Translations under genes and position numbers: made by a program | DNA from: an uncultured Candidatus Rokubacteria bacterium | GTDB lineage: Bacteria; Methylomirabilota; Methylomirabilia; Rokubacteriales; CSP1-6 | Direction: 5' to 3' | Length of the DNA: 64,000 nucleotides | NCBI GenBank assembly: GCA_963789955.1 | Contig: CAWBMV010000034.1 | Span: 352,001 to 416,000, forward strand | The notes under the pieces: model-generated | Told to the model about the DNA's origin: nothing | Databases searched by the model: none | The model's input: only the letters and a program-made list of their open reading frames with translations | In this document: positions 54,022-64,000 of the stretch, in pieces | Numbering within the stretch: position 1 is the stretch's first letter | How the letters are laid out: every line of letters begins with the position of its first letter

Positions 54022-54416
54022 GCACAGTGACCGATCGCGGTAAACCGCTCTACATGATCGGGGTGGTCGCCGACATGCTCAACGTCCACCCGCAGACGCT
54101 CCGCTTCTACGAGAAGAAAGGGCTCGTGCGTCCCAGCCGGACCGTGGGTCGGACGCGCATGTACTCCACCGAGGACGTCGACGAGCTCGCGCGGTTGCTC
54201 AGGCTCACGCGTGACCTCGGTGTGAATCTCGCCGGCATCGAGGTCATCTTAAAGATGAGACGCCGGATGATCGAGATGCAGAAGCAAATCGAGGATCTAG
54301 TCACCTACCTCCGAGAGGAGGGGGGCGAGACGACGGGTCAGAGCCGGGCGCAAGAGCCGCGAGAGGCTCTCGTCCGGGCAGCCTCCGGCCAGCTCAAGCC
54401 CGTCGATCTGTTCTAG
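54018..54416 (+). CDS. hspR: MerR-family heat-shock repressor
   Basis: LYMIGVVADMLNVHPQTLRFYE, LTRDLGVNLAGI; position after dnaK and the dnaJ-like gene. Confidence 0.85.
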   Translation: MSTVTDRGKPLYMIGVVADMLNVHPQTLRFYEKKGLVRPSRTVGRTRMYSTEDVDELARLLRLTRDLGVNLAGIEVILKMRRRMIEMQKQIEDLVTYLREEGGETTGQSRAQEPREALVRAASGQLKPVDLF

Positions 54417-54432
54417 GTTCGAAAGGAGAACC

Positions 54433-56831
<2,399 letters not shown>

Positions 56832-56907
56832 TTTCGAGGATTTGCGAGATTTCCGGACGCGGCGTTCTGCCTTGATGGGGGAGCGCCGCGTCAGCTAACA
56901 TAGCCCT

Positions 56908-57585
56908 ATGTCTCGCCTCGGGGTTTTCCTGGGCGTGATGTCTACGGTCCTTCTCCTATCGACCTCGGCCGGAGCCCAGGTGTACCGGCTCTTCGGGGGC
57001 GACGGGACGGTCCATTTCACGAACGCGCCGACCGATCCCCGCTACAAGAACCTCGCCGGCTACTCGTCCGGCACTTCCGCCGGCTTCTTGCGTCTCGCGC
57101 GTCCCGACACGGCGCGGTACGCCGCGGAGATCAAGGCCTCCGCCGAGCGCTACGGCGTTCCCGAGCGGCTCGTCCAGGCCGTCATCCGCGTCGAGTCGGC
57201 GTTCAATCCGCGCGCGGTTTCGATGAAGGGCGCTCAGGGGCTGATGCAGCTCATGCCCGAGACGGCGACGATGTTGGGGGTTCGCAACAGCTTCGACCCG
57301 CAGCAGAACATCGACGGCGGCGTCCGGCATCTTCGCGGGCTGATCGACCGCTTCGGGAACGATCTGCCGCTGGCGCTGGCGGCGTACAACGCGGGCGAGA
57401 AGGCGGTGGTCGCGAATCGAGGGATCCCGCCGTACCCGGAGACCCGAGACTACGTGACGCGGGTAATGTATTACTACGATGGCACCACGAACGGCGCGCC
57501 GAGCCCGCCGACGACCGTATACCGGACCGTCGGCGACGACGGGGCGATCGTCTACACGAACATCCCGCCGCGCGGCCGCCGCTAG
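56908..57585 (+). CDS. Secreted SLT-family lytic transglycosylase with a DUF4124-like segment
   Basis: Signal peptide, DGTVHFTNAP, VES, GAQGLMQLMP, AAYNAG, YPETRDYV. Confidence 0.9.
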   Translation: MSRLGVFLGVMSTVLLLSTSAGAQVYRLFGGDGTVHFTNAPTDPRYKNLAGYSSGTSAGFLRLARPDTARYAAEIKASAERYGVPERLVQAVIRVESAFNPRAVSMKGAQGLMQLMPETATMLGVRNSFDPQQNIDGGVRHLRGLIDRFGNDLPLALAAYNAGEKAVVANRGIPPYPETRDYVTRVMYYYDGTTNGAPSPPTTVYRTVGDDGAIVYTNIPPRGRR

Positions 57586-57590
57586 TCCGT

Positions 57591-58320
57591 TTACTTCGGT
57601 AGTCGCGAGTTCTTTTCGAGCCAGCTGCTGACCACGGATCCAATCCTCGGAAGTACACGGCGATTCAGAACCAATCCCCAATGCGTGTCGCCGTCAGCCT
57701 CGAAGCGATCGGCCGAGAACGGAAGATCGTCGTACCGCTGCCTGGGCCACTGCGTGTCGGCCGTGCCGGTGACGACCAGCATCGGGCACGCGTCGGCGGC
57801 GATGACGATGCCGGCCTTGCGCTCATCACGTGCCATGCGGGATTCCAGGCCTGGCAATCCGAGAGCCACCGCACGCTCGTCGCGATCGAGGTCTGCCATC
57901 GAAGGCTGATGGTCGGGATCTCGGCCGGCGATCCCGTACTCTTCCGGGCCGAAGACGCCGGTCCTCAGCGCGACGCCTACGCAAGCCCGTGCGTTGCAGA
58001 GCATCGCCGCCATCATCGCCACGAGCCCGCCCATGCTCCAACCGACGAGCACGGGAGCCTGCCGTAGGGTGCGGGCGAACTGCGATCACGTCCTCGGCGT
58101 AGTCGGCCATCCGCGTGATGCCGAGATCGGCGGCCGCGCTCGCGCCGTGACCGCGGAGGTCGATGGCGTGCGAAGACCACCCGTGGCGGGCGAACTCGTC
58201 CTGCCAGAAGGTCCAGACGCGCCCCGAGTTCGCGGCGCCGTGCACCAGGATCACCGGAGGCCGATCGCCGCCACCGCCGACCAGCAAAGTGTGCGCCCGT
58301 AACGTCGGCATCGCGGACAT
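57591..58320 (-). CDS. Alpha/beta hydrolase (frameshifted)
   Basis: ILVHGAANS, IDLRGHG, GWSMGG nucleophile elbow, HWG. Confidence 0.8.
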
Positions 58321-58396
58321 TCTAAGACTGGTGGCCGATCGTCAGGCATGCTGGAATCCAAAGGCCCGATCGAGACAATCAAGAGCGGAGACAGCG

Positions 58397-59101
58397 GTGA
58401 CGATCGGCAACTGTGCGGGGGCGATGACGGTCGCAATCCTGGCTTTACTGAGCCAGGCCAGCGACGGTCGGCGCGAGACGTCTCGCCCTGCGGGTAGCGC
58501 CACGGTTTCGGAGAACACCCGCCCCGAACCGATCCCGGCGAAAGAGGTCGGTCCGCGCCCGAAACCTTCTCAGCTGACCGCTCCACCGACTCCAAGGCCG
58601 CCCATGACGGCTGCGAAGCCGCCTGCTGTAGCCGCCGGGCCGCCGGCGTCTCGGCAGAACGAAGCACCCCTGGCGGAGCCCGTTCCGCAGCAGAGCCCAC
58701 CCCTGGAGAAGAGCCAGGCTCCGTCGGAGAGCCCGCCGCCGCCGTCAACGGAGACCGCGTCGCCACCGGAAACTGCGGCACCAGAGCCCGCGAAACAGAC
58801 GGCCGCGACCCTCGACCTGACCACTCTCGAGCAGCGCCTGCGCGACACCGAGGCGATTGGAATCTTCACCAAGCTATCGCTCAAGAACCAGGTCGACGAC
58901 CTTCTGGCCGAATTCCGTGAGTTTCATCAAAAGCGTGATCAGACCATGCTGGCGAGACTGCGGCAGGCGTTCGATCTGCTCGTCCTGAAGGTGTTGTCGC
59001 TTCTGCAGGACGAAGATCCAACGCTCGCCCGCGACGTTTCGTCGTCACGCGAGGCGCTCTGGAACATCTTGATCGATCCCAACAAGTTCCAGAATCTCTG
59101 A
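58397..59101 (+). CDS. Hypothetical Pro-rich exported protein with a helical C-terminal domain (start uncertain)
   Basis: Hydrophobic N-terminus, Pro/Ala linker, LDLTTLEQRLRDTEAIGIFTKLSLKNQVDDLL...SREALW. Confidence 0.65.
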   Translation: MTIGNCAGAMTVAILALLSQASDGRRETSRPAGSATVSENTRPEPIPAKEVGPRPKPSQLTAPPTPRPPMTAAKPPAVAAGPPASRQNEAPLAEPVPQQSPPLEKSQAPSESPPPPSTETASPPETAAPEPAKQTAATLDLTTLEQRLRDTEAIGIFTKLSLKNQVDDLLAEFREFHQKRDQTMLARLRQAFDLLVLKVLSLLQDEDPTLARDVSSSREALWNILIDPNKFQNL

Positions 59102-59120
59102 ACGCTCTGAAGGAGGCGCG

Positions 59121-59375
59121 ATGAGCAGGCGAATCAAGGTCGCGGTGCTGGTCGTGTCGATGGCGACTCTTGTCGCCGGCCGCTCGCCGGCCGCCGACGA
59201 TCCGGCGGTGTTGAAGGATTTGACGGCGGTCATCGCGCTGCAGGGGCAGCCGTGTGGGCAGGTCGTCACGGCCACGAAGCAAGGCGACAACGACTACATC
59301 GCGGCGTGCAAGGACGGGAGCCGCTATCGAGTGTTCGTGAACGCGGAGGGTCGGGTGGTCGTGCAGAAGCAGTGA
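59121..59375 (+). CDS. Small secreted protein with two cysteines
   Basis: SD AAGGAGG, signal peptide, PCGQV...ACKDGSRYRV. Confidence 0.75.
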   Translation: MSRRIKVAVLVVSMATLVAGRSPAADDPAVLKDLTAVIALQGQPCGQVVTATKQGDNDYIAACKDGSRYRVFVNAEGRVVVQKQ

Positions 59376-59383
59376 GCGGTCGC

Positions 59384-60905
59384 TCACGCCCGCCACTGGC
59401 GGTCGAGCCCGCGATACTGGATCGCCTCCGCGCAGTGCTCGGCGGTCAGCGCGTCCGCGCCGGCCAGATCGGCGATCGAGCGCGCCACCTTCAGGACGCG
59501 ATCGTGGCCGCGAGCCGAGAGCCCCAGGCGCGTCATGGCCGCGGCGAGCAGGCGCTCGGCATCGCCGGACACGGCGCAGAAGCGTCGCACCTGGCGCGGA
59601 CTCATCGCGGCGTTGACGCGGATGCCGCCGGCGCGGAAGCGATCGCGTTGCCGCCGGCGGGCGACGTCCACGCGCGCGCGAATCGTCTCGCTCGCGTCCC
59701 CTGAATCGCCGGCGTGCACGTCCCCCGGCGCCAGCGCCGGCAGCTCGACCTGTAGATCGATGCGGTCGAGGAGCGGGCGGGATATGCGGCCGAGGTATCG
59801 ATTGCGCTCGGCGGGCGTGCAGACGCACGCGTCGAGCGAATGGCAGCCTCGACGGCACGGGTTGGCGGCGGCGACCAGCTGGAAGCGGGCGGGGAAATCG
59901 CTGACGCCGCTGGCGCGAGCGATCGTGACGCGGCCGTCCTCGAGCGGCTGGCGCAGCGACTCGAGGACGTGCTGCTGAAATTCCGGGAGCTCGTCGAGGA
60001 AGAGGACGCCGAGATGAGCGAGCGTCACCTCACCGGGATGCGGTGGGCCGCCCCCGCCGATGAGACCCGACACCGAGATCGTGTGATGAGGGGCGCGGAA
60101 CGGCCGTCGGCTCATCAGCTCGCCGTGCCTCGGCAGCAGCCCGGCGACCGACCAGATGGTCGAGGCCTCGATCATTTCGTCGCGGGTGAGCGGCGGAAGG
60201 ATCGCCGCCAGCCGTCGCGCCAGCATGGTCTTGCCGCCTCCCGGCGGGCCCACGAGCAGCACGTTGTGCGCCCCGGCCGCCGCGATCTCGAGCGCGCGCT
60301 TGGCATGGGCTTGGCCCCTCACGTCTGAGAAGTCGAGATCGTCAGCGGCGGCGGCGGGAGGCCTGGGCACAGATGGCGCGACCAACACTGGATCCCCTCC
60401 GTTCAGAAGGCTGACGGCGTCACGCAAGGTCGGCGCGGCAAGCACCCGGAGGCCGTCGACCGCCTGCGCCTCGCCGTGGTTCGCCAGGGGAACGACGAGG
60501 GTCTCGATGCCCTGGCGCCGGCACGCAAGGCCCACGGCGAGCGCCCCGCGGACACCCTGGATCTGGCCGTCGAGCGCCAGCTCGCCCACGACCGCGAACA
60601 GGCCGATCTGTCCGTTCCTTACGGCGCCCGTAGCCGCCAGGATGCCGAGCGCGATGGGCAGATCGAACGAGGTTCCCTCCTTTCGGACGTCGGCCGGTGC
60701 CAGGTTCACCGTGATCCGATCAGACGGAAAGGCGAAGCCGGCGTTGCGGATGGCCGTTCGGACACGCTCGCGACTCTCGCGAACGGCCGAGTCCGGAAGT
60801 CCAACCGTCGTGAAGGCAGGTAAGCCCTGGAGCCACGTCGACTTCCACGCGGACCAGCGCGGCCTCGACACCTACGAGCGCTGCGGAAAGGACCCGCGCG
60901 ATCAC
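59384..60905 (-). CDS. comM: YifB/ComM family Mg-chelatase-like AAA+ ATPase (frameshift near 60830)
   Basis: VGLPDSAVRESRER, NLAPAD, GPPGGGKT, PFRAPHH, LFLDELPEF, ARSIADL. Confidence 0.9.
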
Positions 60906-61032
60906 GAGACGATTGTTCGACCGACTCGGGTGACTCGTCAATGTCACGGATCGGGAACACTCGAATTCTATTCGGATATTGCTCGGCTCAGGTCACCGCG
61001 AGGCTGAGCACGATTGGTGCTAGAGTCCGGGA

Positions 61033-62407
<1,375 letters not shown>

Positions 62408-62408
62408 A

Positions 62409-62460
62409 CGCCCAGCTACTGGGCGCCCAGTAGCTGGGCGCGCCGCACAATCACTGGGCG
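62409..62460. promoter_or_regulatory. Three 17-bp inverted repeats CGCCCAG-N3-CTGGGCG (candidate enhancer/UAS)
   Basis: 62409-62425, 62424-62440 (these two form a perfect 32-bp palindrome) and degenerate CGCACAA-TCA-CTGGGCG at 62444-62460. Confidence 0.7.
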
Positions 62461-62547
62461 CAGCGCTAACGAAGACGGTGACAACTCACATGAGATTCGC
62501 TATCGAGAAACAGGAACTTGGACGCGAATCGTCCTCGTCGATCGCGG

Positions 62548-62564
62548 CTGGCGGTGGAATTGCT
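62548..62564 (+). promoter_or_regulatory. Sigma-54 (-24/-12) promoter
   Basis: CTGGCGGTGGAATTGCT: TGGC-N7-TTGCT with exact GG-N10-GC spacing. Confidence 0.75.
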
Positions 62565-62632
62565 TTCCGGAATCGCGGTTTCTTCTTCGGGCCCTCATGG
62601 GGAGAGCCCGTCAACCGTCGAGGAGGAAAGCA

Positions 62633-62776
62633 ATGGCGAAAGTGTGGACCGGAATCGTCGTGGTGGCCGCGGTGGTGACGTCGTTCCTGCTCGTGGCCCC
62701 GGTGATCGAGTCGGGAACGTCGGGCTCCACGCAGTTCTTCCAGGCGGTTGGTACCGCTGACGGTGGCGCGGACTAA
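62633..62776 (+). CDS. 47-aa putative exported peptide precursor (below the ORF-track cutoff)
   Basis: SD AGGAGG at 62621-62626, 6 nt before the ATG; MAKVWTGIVVVAAVVTSFLLVAPVIESGTSGSTQFFQAVGTADGGAD, TAA at 62774-62776. Confidence 0.75.
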   Translation: MAKVWTGIVVVAAVVTSFLLVAPVIESGTSGSTQFFQAVGTADGGAD

Positions 62777-62819
62777 CTACTTCAGCATTCCAGACTGGAT
62801 GAGAACGAAGGGGGGCGGT

Positions 62820-64000
62820 ATGCCCCCCTTCAAACTCGTCCTCCTGCTCGGCGTCGTCATCGCCGGCGCTGCAATGACCTTGTTGCTTCTCATCGGCCCT
62901 GCGAGCGTTCGCTCGGGAGCCCAGATCTCGGCCCAGGAGCCGCCGGTGCCCGCAGCCGCCGGGACATATCGGCGGCCGCTGGGCAACGACCCCGAGACGC
63001 TCGACCCGGCGCGCATCAGTGATACGTACGGTCGGTCCGTGTCTCAGCAGATCTTCGATGGTCTCGTACAGTACGACCAGTCCCTGACCATCAAGCCCGC
63101 GCTGGCGCAGTTCTGGCGGGCCACGCGCGACGGTCTCACCTGGACGTTCGAGCTGCGGAAGGGCGTCAAATTTCACAATGGGCGCGAGGTCACGTCCGAC
63201 GACGTGGTCTATTCGTTCACGCGCATCCTGGATCCCCGGACGCGGTCCAACGCGAACGAGTCGTTCCAGCACATCAAGGGCGCGCGTGAGTTCCGCGACG
63301 GTCGCGCCAAGAGCGTGTCCGGCCTCGTCGCGCTCGATCGCTACACGGTGCAGGTCGCCCTCACACAGGCGAACCAATCCTTCGCGTCGGTTGTGGCGAT
63401 CGGCCACGCCAAGATCCTGCCGCGGGACGTGGTCCAAGCGCAGGGAGACGCATTCGGCGCCCAGCCGATCGGGACCGGCCCCTTCCGATTCCTCCGGTGG
63501 GATCGCGGCAAGGAAATCGTGCTCGAGGCCAACGCCGACTACTTCGACGGCGCGCCGCGGCTGAGTCAGCTCGTCTACCGGATCTTCCCGGGCGAGCAGC
63601 ACGACGCGATGTACGAGGAGCTGCTGAAGGGCAATCTCGAGGACGCGCCGGTGCCGCCGCGCGCCGACCGGCGCGCCCTGGCGGCGGATCCAAGCCGGAT
63701 TTACGTGAAGCGTTCGATGATCAGCTGTGCGTTTCTACGGGTTCAACACGCGTACCAAGCCCTTCGACGATCGGCGCGTGCGCCAGGCCATCGTGCTCGC
63801 CATCGACCGCGAAGCGATCATCGACGGCGTGTATTTCGGTCAAAACACGTTCGCGCGCGGAATCCTCCCGCGCGGGATGATCGGCTACAACCCGAAGCTC
63901 GAGGGATATTCGTACGATCCGCAGAAGGCGCGCGAGCTCTTGACCGCCGCCGGGTATCCGGGCGGGCGCGGCATGCCGCCCGTGGCCATCTGGTCCGCGG
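62820..64000 (+). CDS. Family-5 (OppA/DppA-like) peptide-binding protein; runs off the window, frameshift near 63727
   Basis: N-terminal hydrophobic segment, NDPETLDPA, IFDGLVQYD, PALA, LRKGVKFHNG, PIGTGPF, FNTRTKPFDDRRVRQA; alternative start at 62799. Confidence 0.9.
   Translation, partial: MPPFKLVLLLGVVIAGAAMTLLLLIGPASVRSGAQISAQEPPVPAAAGTYRRPLGNDPETLDPARISDTYGRSVSQQIFDGLVQYDQSLTIKPALAQFWRATRDGLTWTFELRKGVKFHNGREVTSDDVVYSFTRILDPRTRSNANESFQHIKGAREFRDGRAKSVSGLVALDRYTVQVALTQANQSFASVVAIGHAKILPRDVVQAQGDAFGAQPIGTGPFRFLRWDRGKEIVLEANADYFDGAPRLSQLVYRIFPGEQHDAMYEELLKGNLEDAPVPPRADRRALAADPSRIYVKRSMISCAFLRVQHAYQALRRSARAPGHRARHRPRSDHRRRVFRSKHVRARNPPARDDRLQPEARGIFVRSAEGARALDRRRVSGRARHAARGHLVR

Noticed and set aside
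56908..60905. Dedicated competence locus (comM, lytic transglycosylase, pili)
   Set aside because: No comEA, comEC or dprA is in the window, and these genes are not co-transcribed. Competence is possible but unsupported here.

Overview
High-GC bacterial DNA, probably from a Candidatus Rokubacteria/Methylomirabilota-like metagenome assembly (inferred from gene content and style, not tested). Many single-base frameshifts occur even in essential genes (dnaK, lon, pilQ), which points to long-read indel errors. From left to right: the 3' end of an Ig-like repeat surface protein; a scrambled 1.3-5.7 kb stretch of interleaved cell-surface glycan gene fragments; a methyltransferase and a GT-C glycosyltransferase; an orphan TAXI solute-binding protein; and a redoxin/GAF-PAS histidine kinase pair. 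Next is a ~38 kb minus-strand block, read from its 5' end: mazG, macro domain, pilB-pilT-pilC-pilS-pilR, pilA, TMTC-like glycosyltransferase, pilD, minor pilins, pilMNOPQ, aroB, TPR protein, efp, accB, TPR-peptidase, accC, thiE, livKHMGF, three GT-C genes, MaoC, MOSC and an FAD oxidase. A heat-shock operon follows (hsp20-dnaK-dnaJ-like-hspR-lon), then a lytic transglycosylase, a hydrolase, two hypothetical genes and comM. The best candidate for an undescribed system is at the right end. There an NtrC-family sigma-54 activator is followed by three 17-bp palindromic enhancer-like sites, a sigma-54 promoter, an unannotated 47-aa exported-looking peptide and a family-5 peptide-binding protein. This layout suggests a peptide-pheromone (quorum-sensing-like) circuit. 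I saw no rRNA, tRNA, CRISPR array or mobile element.
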